DNA from: Syntrophomonadaceae bacterium
GTDB taxonomy: Bacteria > Bacillota > Syntrophomonadia > Syntrophomonadales > Syntrophomonadaceae
Direction: 5' to 3'
Length of the DNA: 64,000 nucleotides
Assembly (NCBI GenBank): GCA_012520725.1
Contig: JAAYNQ010000177.1
Location: forward strand, 8,696-72,695
The notes under the pieces are model-generated. The model made no database searches. It saw only the letters and a list, made by a program, of their open reading frames with translations, and was not told the DNA's origin. Below, in pieces: positions 29,137-39,568 of the stretch. Position 1 is the first letter of the stretch. Each line of letters starts with the position of its first letter. The translations under genes and the position numbers were made by a program.

Positions 29137-29901
29137 ATGGCCTTAAAAGATCTATCACCGGAAGACAAACAGACTATATTAGAACACCTGGAGGAACTGC
29201 GCAAATCATTGATAATCAGCGTCATAGCCATAGTTGTAGCTGCGGTCTTATCATTTTCTTATAATGAAGAGATTTTAGCCATAGTTACCTCGCCATTAAC
29301 CGACCTAAATGAAAACCTGGTAGTAACCGGGGTTACCGAAGCTTTCTTTGTGAAACTGAAATTGGCCTTTCTTTCCGGGTTTATTCTTTCTTCTCCCATA
29401 GTTTTATGGTCCTTATGGCGTTTCTTCAAACCAGCTCTGTATCCATCGGAACGTAAATATATATATGTTTTGTTGCCAGTTAGCCTTTTGCTCTTTGCCT
29501 CCGGGGTTCTTTTTGCCTATTTCGGTATACTGAACCTGGTACTAAAATTCTTTATCTATATTGCCGGCGAGAACCTGGAAACCATGTTTAAAGTGGACCA
29601 ATATGTGGCCTTCGTTATTGCCTTTACCATACCTTTCGGGCTGGTCTTTGAATTGCCAGTAATAGTATATTTTCTTACCATAATAGGTGTCCTTAGACAT
29701 GAACTTTTAGCCCGTAATCGCAAATATGCCCTATTGATTATAGTGGTTCTGGCCGCAGCCCTTACCCCGGGCCCGGATCCGGTTTCCCAGATGATGATGG
29801 CCATACCGGTATATTTATTGTTTGAGATCAGCATCTGGATATCCAAATGGGCGGGACGCAAGAAGCGACAGAGATCCGAGGAAGTATACCGTGAAGAGTA
29901 G
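29137..29901 (+). CDS. tatC: twin-arginine translocase subunit TatC
   Basis: 6-TM protein with an N-terminus ILEHLEELRKSLI typical of TatC. Confidence 0.9.
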   Translation: MALKDLSPEDKQTILEHLEELRKSLIISVIAIVVAAVLSFSYNEEILAIVTSPLTDLNENLVVTGVTEAFFVKLKLAFLSGFILSSPIVLWSLWRFFKPALYPSERKYIYVLLPVSLLLFASGVLFAYFGILNLVLKFFIYIAGENLETMFKVDQYVAFVIAFTIPFGLVFELPVIVYFLTIIGVLRHELLARNRKYALLIIVVLAAALTPGPDPVSQMMMAIPVYLLFEISIWISKWAGRKKRQRSEEVYREE

Positions 29902-30061
29902 CTGTCACTAAGCTTTAGCTTTAGCTTTAGTCAAATTCTTTACAAAGGAAGGCCTTTTTGTCATAATATCAGTATGTATGGAGGAGCAAATTAAATAAAA
30001 ATTAAAATAATAGTGTTTATTGTATATATTACGAACTATTCGAGGTAAAGGGGGGAAGGCC

Positions 30062-30247
30062 TTGTTCGCTTTAATTGGTAATTTTGGTCCCTGGGAATTA
30101 GCTCTGGTTCTGCTTATCATTCTAATTATAGTTGGTCCGGGGAAGCTGCCCCAGGTAGGGCAGTCGGTAGGAAAGGCTCTGCAAAACTTCAGAAAAGCTA
30201 AAGATGAAGATATAGAAGAACTGGCAGAGAAGAAGAAAGATGAATAG
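30062..30247 (+). CDS. tatA: twin-arginine translocase subunit TatA/E
   Basis: TTG start after AAAGGGGGG gives MFALIGNFGPWELALVLLIILIIVGPGKLP, the conserved TatA TM and hinge. The track ORF starts at an upstream ATG at 30020. Confidence 0.85.
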   Translation: MFALIGNFGPWELALVLLIILIIVGPGKLPQVGQSVGKALQNFRKAKDEDIEELAEKKKDE

Positions 30248-30252
30248 GTCAT

Positions 30253-30275
30253 AGGTCTGGCTTCAGACCTTTTTT
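30253..30275 (+). terminator. intrinsic terminator after tatA
   Basis: AGGTCTG-GCTT-CAGACCT followed by TTTTT. Confidence 0.7.
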
Positions 30276-30294
30276 AATAAGTCTGGGGGCAGTG

Positions 30295-30936
30295 ATGAAG
30301 AATTTATACCCACTTTACATTGATCTGAAGGATAGGAAATGTCTCATAATTGGAGGAGGTAAAGTAGCTGAACGTAAAATCGAACAGCTGCTGGATTATA
30401 ATTGTTCCATAAAGGTGGTCAGCCTGGGGGTAGAAGATAAGATAAAGAGTTGGGCTCATCAAGGATTGATACAGCTATTTCAGAGGGAATTTCAGCTTTC
30501 GGATCTTAAAGAGGTTTTTCTAGTTTTTGTTGCTACTGATAATGAGCAAGTAAATGCCGAGCTAAGCAAAATGTGCCGGGAACGGGGGATCCTGGTAAAT
30601 GCAGTGGATGATCCACCCCATTGTGATTTTTATGTCCCGTCTATATTAAAGCGCAATTCACTGGTACTGGCAATTTCCACGGGGGGAAAAAGTCCGGCTT
30701 TCGCGCGCCGGCTGCGCCAGGAGTTAGAAGAAATTATCACACCTGCTTATGGTGAATTCGTTGATATACTGGGAGAGCAGAGGGAATTAATTAAAGAACG
30801 CATTGAGGACATCGCAGTTCGAAAGCAGATATTTGAAGAATTGGTTTATTCAGATGTACTTGATTTACTCAAGGCGGGGGAAAAAGAAAAAGCTAGGGAG
30901 AAGGTTACTCAATGTATGTCTTATTGGTTGGAATAA
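30295..30936 (+). CDS. sirC: precorrin-2 dehydrogenase / sirohydrochlorin ferrochelatase (SirC/Met8-like)
   Basis: IIGGGKVAERK NAD fold, ~210 aa, CysG N-terminal-domain-like. Confidence 0.8.
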   Translation: MKNLYPLYIDLKDRKCLIIGGGKVAERKIEQLLDYNCSIKVVSLGVEDKIKSWAHQGLIQLFQREFQLSDLKEVFLVFVATDNEQVNAELSKMCRERGILVNAVDDPPHCDFYVPSILKRNSLVLAISTGGKSPAFARRLRQELEEIITPAYGEFVDILGEQRELIKERIEDIAVRKQIFEELVYSDVLDLLKAGEKEKAREKVTQCMSYWLE

Positions 30937-32255
30937 ACCATCGCACCGCGCCAGTAGAAATTCGTGAAAAACTGGCTTTTAGCGATGGTACTATCAGCCA
31001 GGCCTATGAATATTTAAGGCAGAAAGAGAATTTAGAAGGAGCAGTTATACTCCATACCTGTAATCGGACCGAGGTATATGCTACCGCCCGGGATATAGAG
31101 TTGGGCCGGGAGGCTTTAAAGCAATTTATGGAGCTGTTTTCCCAGCTTAGCGGCCAGGAAATGCAAGAGTATTTGTATCAGCCCAATTGTTATGATGCTA
31201 TATTGAACCTGTTTAGAGTCGCTTCGGGACTTGACTCCATGATTTTAGGAGAATCTCAAATACTGGGCCAGGTTAAAGAGGCTTATAAAACGGCTCGGGA
31301 GGAAAACGCCTCCGATGGAGTGCTCAACACCCTTTTTCAACAAGCTATAAATGTGGGCAAAAAGGTTCGCAGTGAAACCGATATAGATCGTTATCCAATT
31401 TCCGTAAGTTCGGTGGCGGTAGAGCTAGCCCGCAGTCAACTGGGCACTTTGCAGGACAAGAGTGTGGTAGTAATTGGGGCCGGTGAAATGAGTGAGTTGA
31501 CTACTCGCTATCTCATGGAATATGGTGTGAGCTCGGTTATTGTATCCAATCGTTCCTATGCCAAGGCTGAGACAATGGCCCGCTTGTTTTCAGGTCGAGC
31601 GGTGCGTTTCGATCGATTACCGGCTCAGTTAAGCCAGGCGGATATTGTCATCAGTTGTACATCAGCCAGTCATTATGTCTTAAACTGGCAAAATTCTTCG
31701 GAAATATTAAAGGCTCGCCAGGGACGAAGAATAATCATAATTGATATTGCGGTACCCCGGGATGTGGATCCGGCATTAGGGGAGATAGAAGGGGTACAGA
31801 TTTATGACATAGATGAGTTGCAGAACGTAATAGATGAAAACTTCCTGGAGCGGAAAAAGGCTTCACGGCAGGCTGAAAAAATAATACTGGAGGAATTGGA
31901 TAAATTCAATGAAAAACTGGCCTCCTTGTATGTAGTTCCCGTCATATCGGCTCTGAAAGAAAAAGCTGAGGCAATAAAAAATCAGGAGCTAAAAAAGGCC
32001 TTCAATAGGCTGGACCTGAGTGAGCGCGAAAAAAAGGTGGTATCTACCTTGGCCCACAATATTATCAATCAGCTTTTGCACCATCCAATGGTCAGTTTAA
32101 AAGAGATGGCCTGCAGCAATCAGGGACATTTATATGCGGAGGTCAGCAAAAGGCTCTTCGATTTACCAGTGGATTTGGAGGGAATTAATGTTGGAGAAGT
32201 TAAGATTGGGCAGTCGGGGCAGCAAACTGGCTCTGTGGCAAGCCGGGTACGTTAA
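30912..32255 (+). CDS. hemA: glutamyl-tRNA reductase
   Basis: MYVLLVGINHRTAPVEIREKLAF, active-site HTCNRTE, and GAGEMSE NADPH fold. Confidence 0.95.
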   Translation: MYVLLVGINHRTAPVEIREKLAFSDGTISQAYEYLRQKENLEGAVILHTCNRTEVYATARDIELGREALKQFMELFSQLSGQEMQEYLYQPNCYDAILNLFRVASGLDSMILGESQILGQVKEAYKTAREENASDGVLNTLFQQAINVGKKVRSETDIDRYPISVSSVAVELARSQLGTLQDKSVVVIGAGEMSELTTRYLMEYGVSSVIVSNRSYAKAETMARLFSGRAVRFDRLPAQLSQADIVISCTSASHYVLNWQNSSEILKARQGRRIIIIDIAVPRDVDPALGEIEGVQIYDIDELQNVIDENFLERKKASRQAEKIILEELDKFNEKLASLYVVPVISALKEKAEAIKNQELKKAFNRLDLSEREKKVVSTLAHNIINQLLHHPMVSLKEMACSNQGHLYAEVSKRLFDLPVDLEGINVGEVKIGQSGQQTGSVASRVR

Positions 32256-33126
32256 GCAAGCCCTGGAACTGGCAGTACCTGATCTTAAAGTAGAAATCGA
32301 GGTAATTAAGACTACTGGGGATAAGATTCTGGATGTAGCCTTGTCCAAGATTGGTGATAAAGGCCTGTTTACCAAGGAGATTGAAAAAGAGCTTTTGGAG
32401 GGCAATATAGATATAGCGGTACATAGCATGAAAGACCTGCCGTCTCAAATAGGGCCTGATTTGGTGATAGGAGCAGTTTTGCCCCGGGAGAATCCACAGG
32501 ATGTACTAATCAGCAAATATAATCGAAATTTGTTAGAATTGCCTATAGGAGCAGTGATCGGTACTTCCAGTTTGCGCCGGCAAGCCCAGATCAAGCATAT
32601 AAGGCCTGATATTAAAATTGTGGAATTAAGGGGCAATGTGGAAACCAGGATCAGGAAGATGCAGGAAGAGGATCTGGATGCTATAATACTGGCCTATGCT
32701 GGAGTAAAAAGGTTGGGCTTTGAAAATTTAATCAGCGAATATCTGAGTTATGAGGTGCTGATGCCGGCAGTAGGGCAGGGAGCCATTGCAGTTGAGACCA
32801 GAGCCGGAGATTCTGAAGTCTTAGCCATAGTAGGGCAGATAGATCATGAACCCACCAGGGTCCAGGTAGAAGCTGAAAGGAGTTTCCTGGCCCGGCTGGA
32901 AGGGGGATGTCAGGTTCCAATAGCAGCCATAGCGGATCTCCAAGGTCAGGAATTAAGGATTAAAGGTTTGGTAGCATCTTTGGATGGACAGGAGTTTATC
33001 AGCCTGGAAATGAGCGGCAGCCCCAATCAGGCAGCAGAATTAGGCCGCAAATTAGGACAGTCTCTCCTGGATGCCGGGGCCGGACCCATACTGAATAGAA
33101 TAAAGTACACGGGAGCAAGGGAATGA
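32188..33126 (+). CDS. hemC: hydroxymethylbilane synthase (porphobilinogen deaminase)
   Basis: LRLGSRGSKLALWQA, GNVETR, and the cofactor-Cys motif GGCQVPIA. ATG 32188 follows GGAGGG. Overlaps the hemA 3' end by 68 nt. Confidence 0.9.
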   Translation: MLEKLRLGSRGSKLALWQAGYVKQALELAVPDLKVEIEVIKTTGDKILDVALSKIGDKGLFTKEIEKELLEGNIDIAVHSMKDLPSQIGPDLVIGAVLPRENPQDVLISKYNRNLLELPIGAVIGTSSLRRQAQIKHIRPDIKIVELRGNVETRIRKMQEEDLDAIILAYAGVKRLGFENLISEYLSYEVLMPAVGQGAIAVETRAGDSEVLAIVGQIDHEPTRVQVEAERSFLARLEGGCQVPIAAIADLQGQELRIKGLVASLDGQEFISLEMSGSPNQAAELGRKLGQSLLDAGAGPILNRIKYTGARE

Positions 33127-34673
33127 AAAGTGGCAAAATATATTTAATCGGAGCCGGACCGGGTGATCCGGGTTTGTTTACTATTAAAGGGAAAATGCTC
33201 TTGGAGCAAGGGGAAGTAGTAATATACGATCGTCTGGTAGGGGAGGAAATCCTGTCCTATGCTTCTCCTGAGGCAGAATTAATCTATGTGGGCAAGGAGT
33301 CAGGCCGTCATGCCCTCACCCAGGACGAAATAAACCTCTTGATGGTAAGAAAGGCCAAAGAAGGCAAACGGGTAGTTCGGTTAAAAGGAGGGGACCCTTT
33401 TTTATTTGGCCGAGGAGGAGAAGAAGCCCTTTTCATAAGGGAGCAAGGCCTGGACTATGAAGTGGTTCCTGGTATCAGCTCAGCTATAGCGGTTCCTGCT
33501 TATGCGGGTATACCTGTTACTCATCGTGAAGCTACTTCCAGTTTGGCTATTATTACCGGCCATGAAAAACCCGGCAAAAAGAATAGCTCTATTAATTGGA
33601 AAGGAATATCCACCGGGATTGGAACCCTGGTTTTCTTAATGGGAGTGGAAAACCTGGACTATATTGTTTCCCGCTTGATGGAAAACGGCCGGCCGGCAGA
33701 TACCCCGGTAGCTTTGATACGCTGGGGAACCCTATCTAAACAGGAGGTTTTAACTGGAACCCTGGATAATATTGTACAGCGGGTGAAAGATGAGAATTTT
33801 CAACCACCGGCAGTAATTGTAGTAGGAGAAGTGGTTGCTCTACGGGACAAATTAATTTGGTTGGAAAAGAAACCCCTGTGGGGAAAAAGGATAGTAGTCA
33901 CCAGATCACGGGCTCAGGCCAGTGAGCTGGTGCAAAAAATCAGGGAACTGGGAGGCACTCCGCTGGAGTTTCCCACTATAAGCATCCAAAAAGCTGCAGA
34001 TTTAAAACCTTTGGAGACGGCCTGGCAAGAAATCACCAAATACCACTGGATTATTTTTACCAGTGTAAACGCAGTAGAGATATTTTTTGAGCAAATGGAT
34101 CTAATGGGAATAGATATCAGGGAGCTTAAAGGAATAAATATAGCCGCCATCGGTCCAGCTACCGGGCAGAAGTTGCAGGTCCGAGGATTGAGGGTCAAAG
34201 CTATGCCCGGAGAATACCGGGCAGAAGGCATTTTAGACGTCCTAAAGGGAATGGTGCTTAAGGGACAGAGGGTTTTGCTGCCCCGGGCTCAGGGAGCCAG
34301 AAAGATATTGCCTGAGACCCTTAGGGAGCGGGGACTTGAGGTTGATGAAATACCCCTGTACCAGGCTGTTTTAAGCAGCGGCAATAACCCCCAGCTGCTC
34401 GAAGAAATAAAAACAGGAAAGATAGACTACCTGACTTTTACCAGTTCGTCTACGGTTAGTAACTTTGTAGAGATGATGGGCAGGGACATGCCCGTGAATT
34501 CCTCAGTAAAAATTGCCTGTATAGGACCCATTACGGCCGGTAAGGCCAGAGAACTAGGTTTCAAGGTAGATATTATTGCTGGTCAATATACCATTGACGG
34601 ATTGCTTCAGGCCATTATCCAGGATGCTACCGGCCAGCGAAGAGAAGTAAAAGATAGTGAAATACAGTGTTGA
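33123..34673 (+). CDS. cobA-hemD: fused uroporphyrinogen-III C-methyltransferase / uroporphyrinogen-III synthase
   Basis: N-terminal SUMT (IYLIGAGPGDPGL, GGDPFLFGRGGEE) joined to a C-terminal HemD-like half. 516 aa. Confidence 0.9.
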   Translation: MKSGKIYLIGAGPGDPGLFTIKGKMLLEQGEVVIYDRLVGEEILSYASPEAELIYVGKESGRHALTQDEINLLMVRKAKEGKRVVRLKGGDPFLFGRGGEEALFIREQGLDYEVVPGISSAIAVPAYAGIPVTHREATSSLAIITGHEKPGKKNSSINWKGISTGIGTLVFLMGVENLDYIVSRLMENGRPADTPVALIRWGTLSKQEVLTGTLDNIVQRVKDENFQPPAVIVVGEVVALRDKLIWLEKKPLWGKRIVVTRSRAQASELVQKIRELGGTPLEFPTISIQKAADLKPLETAWQEITKYHWIIFTSVNAVEIFFEQMDLMGIDIRELKGINIAAIGPATGQKLQVRGLRVKAMPGEYRAEGILDVLKGMVLKGQRVLLPRAQGARKILPETLRERGLEVDEIPLYQAVLSSGNNPQLLEEIKTGKIDYLTFTSSSTVSNFVEMMGRDMPVNSSVKIACIGPITAGKARELGFKVDIIAGQYTIDGLLQAIIQDATGQRREVKDSEIQC

Positions 34674-34700
34674 GCTTGGGATTAAGCGAGGTGAAAACTA

Positions 34701-35690
34701 ATGGCATTTCCAGTTAACCGCATGCGTAGAATGAGGAAAAGTGAAACCCTGCGCAGAATGGTACGGGAGACTATTCTTTCGGTCAATGATTTTATTTATC
34801 CTTTGTTTGTAATTCATGGACGAGACCAGAAGAACCCTATTAAGTCCATGCCGGGAGTGTATCAGTTTTCAGTGGACCACAGACTTAAAGAAGAAATAAA
34901 GGAAATTGAAGAGCTAGGCATTCCAGCGATTATCCTTTTCGGTATTCCGGAGTATAAGGATAGTATCGGCAGCAGCGGTTTTCAGGATGATGGAGTGGTA
35001 CAACAGGCCATCCGATTAATTAAAGATTGCAGTCCTGATATGGTAGTGATTACCGATGTCTGCATGTGCGAATATACCGATCATGGCCATTGTGGAGTAG
35101 TTGATGCTGATGGGAACATAAACAATGATGCGACTCTGGATCTTTTGGCCCGGGAGGCTTTATCCCATGCTAAGGCTGGTTGTGACATGGTAGCTCCCTC
35201 GGATATGATGGATGGGCGCATAGCTTATATCCGTCAATGCCTGGATGAGAATTCTTTTAGTAATATACCTATAATGTCTTATGCAGCCAAATACGCCTCC
35301 GGCTTCTATGGCCCTTTTCGCGATGCGGCTGACTCTACTCCCCAGTTTGGGGATAGAAGGACCCATCAAATGGATCCGGCTAATATTAGGGAAGCCTTAA
35401 GGGAAGTAGAACTGGATATTGAAGAAGGTGCAGACCTGGTTATGGTCAAGCCGGCTTTGGCTTACCTGGATGTTATAAGAGCAGTGAAGGAACGTTTTGA
35501 TTGCCCGGTATCTGCCTACAACGTCAGTGGAGAGTATTCCATGGTAAAAGCCGCAGCCCAGAATGGATGGCTGGATGGGGACCGGGTGATGATGGAAATC
35601 CTGAGCTCTATTAAAAGAGCAGGTGCTGATATCATTCTTACTTATGCTGCTAAAGATGCGGCCCGGATATTAAAACATTTAGGCCAATAG
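34701..35690 (+). CDS. hemB: porphobilinogen synthase (Zn type)
   Basis: [16 protein letters not shown]. Cys-rich Zn site [14 protein letters not shown]. Active-site Lys context VMVKPA. Confidence 0.95.
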   Translation: MAFPVNRMRRMRKSETLRRMVRETILSVNDFIYPLFVIHGRDQKNPIKSMPGVYQFSVDHRLKEEIKEIEELGIPAIILFGIPEYKDSIGSSGFQDDGVVQQAIRLIKDCSPDMVVITDVCMCEYTDHGHCGVVDADGNINNDATLDLLAREALSHAKAGCDMVAPSDMMDGRIAYIRQCLDENSFSNIPIMSYAAKYASGFYGPFRDAADSTPQFGDRRTHQMDPANIREALREVELDIEEGADLVMVKPALAYLDVIRAVKERFDCPVSAYNVSGEYSMVKAAAQNGWLDGDRVMMEILSSIKRAGADIILTYAAKDAARILKHLGQ

Positions 35691-35745
35691 TGTCTTAGTG
35701 TAAAGGGGCGGAGGTGAATTCTGGTAGTCATTCTATCAGAGACTT

Positions 35746-36750
35746 ATGTTAATATCTTGGAACAGTACTAATCAATGCAATCTATACTGTGAACATTGCT
35801 ATCGGGATGCTGGAGCCCGCCTGGAGGAGGAACTGTCCACCGCCGAAGCCTGTAAAATGATCCAGGAGATCAAGGAGGCAGGCTTTAAAATCATGATATT
35901 CAGCGGTGGGGAGCCCGTAATGCGGCCGGATATCTATGAATTGATTGCTTATGCCAGCAAAATTGGTCTCAGGGCGGTTATGGGTACCAATGCCACCCTG
36001 ATAAGCCCCGATGTAGCTGTCAAGCTAAAAGAAGCAGGCATAATGGCGGCTGCAGTTAGTTTGGACAGCCTGGATGCTGATAAACACGATAGATTCAGAG
36101 GATTGCCCCAGGCCTTTGATATGACCATAAAGGGCATAAAAAACCTGCAGGAAGCTGGTATACCGGTACAGATAAATACTACGGTAATGGATTGGAATGT
36201 AGATGAAATAGAAGCCCTGTGCGATTACGCTATCGAATTGGGAGCCGTGGCTTATCACGTATTTTTCCTGGTTCCCACCGGACGGGCTATTAATATGGAA
36301 GAAGAAGCATTAAGAGTACAGGCTTATGAAAAGACTATCAAAAGGCTGATGAAAAAGCAGCAACAGGTGGATGTTGAGATTAAGCCCACCTGTGCTCCGC
36401 AGTTTATCAGGATTGCTGAGATGATGGGAATGAAGCTCCGTTTCACCCGGGGCTGTCTGGCTGGAATCAATTACTGCATCATTAGTCCCCGGGGAGACGT
36501 ACAGCCTTGTGCCTATTTGGACATCCCCCTGGGCAATGTACGGGACCAAGCTTTTGATGAAATATGGCAGAACAATCAGCTCTTATTGGATCTAAGGACC
36601 ATGGATTACAGTGGTAAATGCGGAATATGCGAATATAAACTGAAGTGTGGCGGATGCCGGGCCAGGGCTTACTATTACAGCAACAAGGATTATATGGCCG
36701 AAGATGAGTGGTGTCTGTATAGGCCGAAAGGGGCCAGGAAGCATGAATAA
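35746..36750 (+). CDS. radical SAM enzyme of the NirJ/AhbC/AhbD group with a SPASM-like C-terminus
   Basis: CNLYCEHCY cluster motif at residues 11-18 and a C-terminal Cys cluster CGICEYKLKCGGCRARA. Located between hemB and the siroheme-decarboxylase-like genes. Confidence 0.75.
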   Translation: MLISWNSTNQCNLYCEHCYRDAGARLEEELSTAEACKMIQEIKEAGFKIMIFSGGEPVMRPDIYELIAYASKIGLRAVMGTNATLISPDVAVKLKEAGIMAAAVSLDSLDADKHDRFRGLPQAFDMTIKGIKNLQEAGIPVQINTTVMDWNVDEIEALCDYAIELGAVAYHVFFLVPTGRAINMEEEALRVQAYEKTIKRLMKKQQQVDVEIKPTCAPQFIRIAEMMGMKLRFTRGCLAGINYCIISPRGDVQPCAYLDIPLGNVRDQAFDEIWQNNQLLLDLRTMDYSGKCGICEYKLKCGGCRARAYYYSNKDYMAEDEWCLYRPKGARKHE

Positions 36751-37198
36751 GCTGGCTATGCTGGATCGAAAATTGCTGGAAATGCTGCAGAATGATTTTC
36801 CCCTCACCCCGGATCCCTTTTATGATTTGGCAGAAGCTTTGGAGACTGATGTGGATGAAATAGGGGAAAGAATCCAACGACTGAAGGAAAGCGGCATTAT
36901 TAGGCGAATAGGAGCGATTTTTGATGCCAAAAAGCTGGGGTATACTTCTACCCTCTGTGCCTGTACCATGCTGGAAGAATCCATAGATAAATTTGCTGCT
37001 GTAGTTAATGATATACCTTATATAACTCATAATTATGTCCGGGACCATGAATTAAATATATGGTTTACCCTGACCACCCCCAGCCAAGAAGAAAGAGGAA
37101 GAATTATCAATGAACTGCAGGAGCAATTTAATATTATAATTATATGTATGCCCGCCGTTAAAACCTATAAGATTAAAGTTGTTTTAGGAATGGATTGA
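36743..37198 (+). CDS. siroheme decarboxylase subunit (AhbA/NirD-L family, Lrp/AsnC-like)
   Basis: LDRKLLEMLQNDFPLTPDPF...IIRRIGAIFD pattern. ATG 36743 overlaps the radical SAM stop (ATGAATAA). Confidence 0.75.
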   Translation: MNKLAMLDRKLLEMLQNDFPLTPDPFYDLAEALETDVDEIGERIQRLKESGIIRRIGAIFDAKKLGYTSTLCACTMLEESIDKFAAVVNDIPYITHNYVRDHELNIWFTLTTPSQEERGRIINELQEQFNIIIICMPAVKTYKIKVVLGMD

Positions 37199-37203
37199 AA
37201 TTG

Positions 37204-37671
37204 ATGAATATGGAAAAGTTGGATAGAGATATAATTAAATTTATTCAAGACGATTTGCCCCTATCCCGGAGTCCTTATAGGAGCTGGGCTGAGGCCCAGG
37301 GGATTTCCCAAGAAGAAATAGTGGCTCGGATCCAAACAATGTTGAAAAAAGGTATAATTAGGAGGATGGGGGCAGTTTTACGTCATCAGAAAGCAGGCTA
37401 TGCTGTAAATGCCATGGTAGCCTGGAAAGTAGAAGAATCCAGTGCCGATAAGGTCGGAGAAATAATGGCAGCTTATAAAGAGATCAGCCATTGTTATTGG
37501 AGGGAAGTGCCCCCCAGTTTTAACTATCCTTTATTTACCATGATTCATGCCCGAAGTGAGGAAGAATTGCAGAATATTATTGATAGAATTGTTGAAGAAA
37601 CTGGCATAGATGAGTTTGAAGTGCTAAAAAGCATAAAAGAATTAAAGAAAAGCAGTATGCGATATTATTAA
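37204..37671 (+). CDS. siroheme decarboxylase subunit (AhbB/NirG-H family, Lrp/AsnC-like)
   Basis: A paralogue of the preceding gene (LDRDIIKFIQDDLPLSRSPY...IIRRMGAVLRH). The start is ambiguous (TTG 37195, ATG 37204 or 37210). Confidence 0.75.
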   Translation: MNMEKLDRDIIKFIQDDLPLSRSPYRSWAEAQGISQEEIVARIQTMLKKGIIRRMGAVLRHQKAGYAVNAMVAWKVEESSADKVGEIMAAYKEISHCYWREVPPSFNYPLFTMIHARSEEELQNIIDRIVEETGIDEFEVLKSIKELKKSSMRYY

Positions 37672-37783
37672 TTACTCCTATCATGGAACTTGAGGTAGAA
37701 GCAGCAGGTGTCCATGTTTGGCCGTCTTTCATGACCAATAAGTGCGAAAGAGTGATTAAGCATCTGCTAAAGGAGATGAGGCA

Positions 37784-39082
37784 GTGGTGAATGAGATCCT
37801 TAAATCAAAGCAAAGATTTGCTGAAGCCCGGAAAGTAATGCCAGGTGGAGTAAACAGTCCGGTCCGGGCGTTTAAAGCGGTGGGACTGGACCCGGTCTTT
37901 ATTGATAGAGCTCAAGGCTCACGGATATATGATATTGACGGTAATAGCTATATTGATTATGTTTGCTCCTGGGGACCCCTTATTCTGGGACACGCCCATC
38001 CCGAAATCGTACAGGCTCTGTGCCAGGCGGCAGAAAGGGGGAGCAGTTATGGTGCTCCCTGTGAAAAGGAACTTGAATTAGCCCAGGCCATATCTGAGGC
38101 TATACCTTCAATTGAGCAGATAAGGATGGTAAACTCCGGTACTGAGGCTACTATGAGTGCGGTCAGGTTGGCCAGGGCCTTTACCGGACGAGACAAGATT
38201 CTGAAATTCGAGGGTTGTTATCATGGACATGCCGATTCTTTCTTGATTAAAGCAGGTTCAGGTTTGTTAACAGCAGGGGTTCCTACCAGTCCTGGAATTC
38301 CCCGGGATTATGCCCAAAACACTCTGGTAGCTGAGTATAATAACCTGGATTCCCTGCAGACTGTATTCGAAGAATGGGGCCCGGATATTGCGGCGGTGAT
38401 TGTGGAACCCATAGCCGGCAATATGGGATTAATCGTTCCGGATACTGTATTTTTGATGGAACTGCGTAAAATTACAGAAGATTACGGAACTTTACTTATC
38501 TTTGATGAAGTTATAAGCGGTTTTCGGACTTGCTATGGAGCGTATCAGAATTTGATTGACATTAAACCGGACCTAACCACCCTGGGCAAAATAATTGGTG
38601 GAGGATTGCCGGTTGGAGCCTATGGAGGGCGCCGGGATATCATGGAACGGGTAGCTCCATCAGGTGATGTGTACCAGGCGGGTACCCTATCCGGCAATCC
38701 ACTGGCCATGGCGGCCGGCTTGGCCACCCTGAAAGTTCTAAGAGATAATGACTATTATACTGATTTGCATGAACTGGGCCAGTACCTGGTTAGGGGTATT
38801 GAAGAGATCTTGCGTACTCAGGGCCTTGATTACAGCTTAAACCATTGGGGTTCAATGTTTTCGTTATTTTTCACCCCGGAAGCGGTTAGAAATTATAGCA
38901 CTGCTACCAGTAGTGATACCCTGCGCTTCAGTAAATTTTACCGGGTATTGTTAGAGGAAGGAATATATTTCCCACCTTCACAATTTGAAGTTTGTTTTAT
39001 TTCTGCTGCCCATAGCAGAGAAGATATTGAGCAAACCCTGCAGGCAGTAGAAAAAGCATTATATATCAGCCATCTGGATTAA
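37784..39082 (+). CDS. hemL: glutamate-1-semialdehyde 2,1-aminomutase
   Basis: [10 protein letters not shown] and the PLP-Lys context [15 protein letters not shown] start after AAAGGAG. Confidence 0.95.
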   Translation: MVNEILKSKQRFAEARKVMPGGVNSPVRAFKAVGLDPVFIDRAQGSRIYDIDGNSYIDYVCSWGPLILGHAHPEIVQALCQAAERGSSYGAPCEKELELAQAISEAIPSIEQIRMVNSGTEATMSAVRLARAFTGRDKILKFEGCYHGHADSFLIKAGSGLLTAGVPTSPGIPRDYAQNTLVAEYNNLDSLQTVFEEWGPDIAAVIVEPIAGNMGLIVPDTVFLMELRKITEDYGTLLIFDEVISGFRTCYGAYQNLIDIKPDLTTLGKIIGGGLPVGAYGGRRDIMERVAPSGDVYQAGTLSGNPLAMAAGLATLKVLRDNDYYTDLHELGQYLVRGIEEILRTQGLDYSLNHWGSMFSLFFTPEAVRNYSTATSSDTLRFSKFYRVLLEEGIYFPPSQFEVCFISAAHSREDIEQTLQAVEKALYISHLD

Positions 39083-39568
39083 TATTGATAACGAAGGGGC
39101 GTTTGTGCAGCGCTCAAAAAAGAGTAGTGATAGGGGAAGAATGGCATCGTATTATGACAGCTCAGCAATATTATTTTTACCAAGTCAAGGTTTAAGATAG
39201 CTTGATACCATAAGAAGCAGGGGGGGCTTTTATGGACTCTATCAAGTTCATCTATACGGATCAAAGATCAAGAGCATATCCATGATGGTAGATGGTGCTA
39301 AGTCAGATTGTTCCTAGCTCACAGCACTCATATAGAGAATGCCCAGAAATATTAAAAAAAAAGTCGAAATACCGGGATAAGCAGGAAAAGCGCTATGGGC
39401 ATCGAAATAATAATTGGATATGGGTTTATTTTTGTCCTGGCGGTAAACTGCCGTAGGCAATAAGAATATATATATTATTTTCTTGGGGGTGATGGATACT
39501 ATCACGGCACTCTGGAGTAAGTAGAAAGTTATAAAAGATCAATTATCAGATGAAAAGGAGGAATGGAC

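Noticed and set aside
29911-29930. (AGCTTT)x3 microsatellite after tatC.
   Set aside because: Only three units, intergenic, with no flanking structure. It is too short to call a functional repeat.
32188-32255. 68-nt overlap of the hemA 3' end with hemC, considered as a possible frameshift or assembly error.
   Set aside because: Both products are of normal length with intact N- and C-terminal motifs. The hemC ATG has its own GGAGGG. The overlap is most simply a slightly extended hemA tail.
36482-37048. 188-aa ORF on the - strand.
   Set aside because: It is entirely antisense to the radical SAM and ahbA-like genes, which have strong motif support. It has no RBS, and its composition looks like a shadow ORF.
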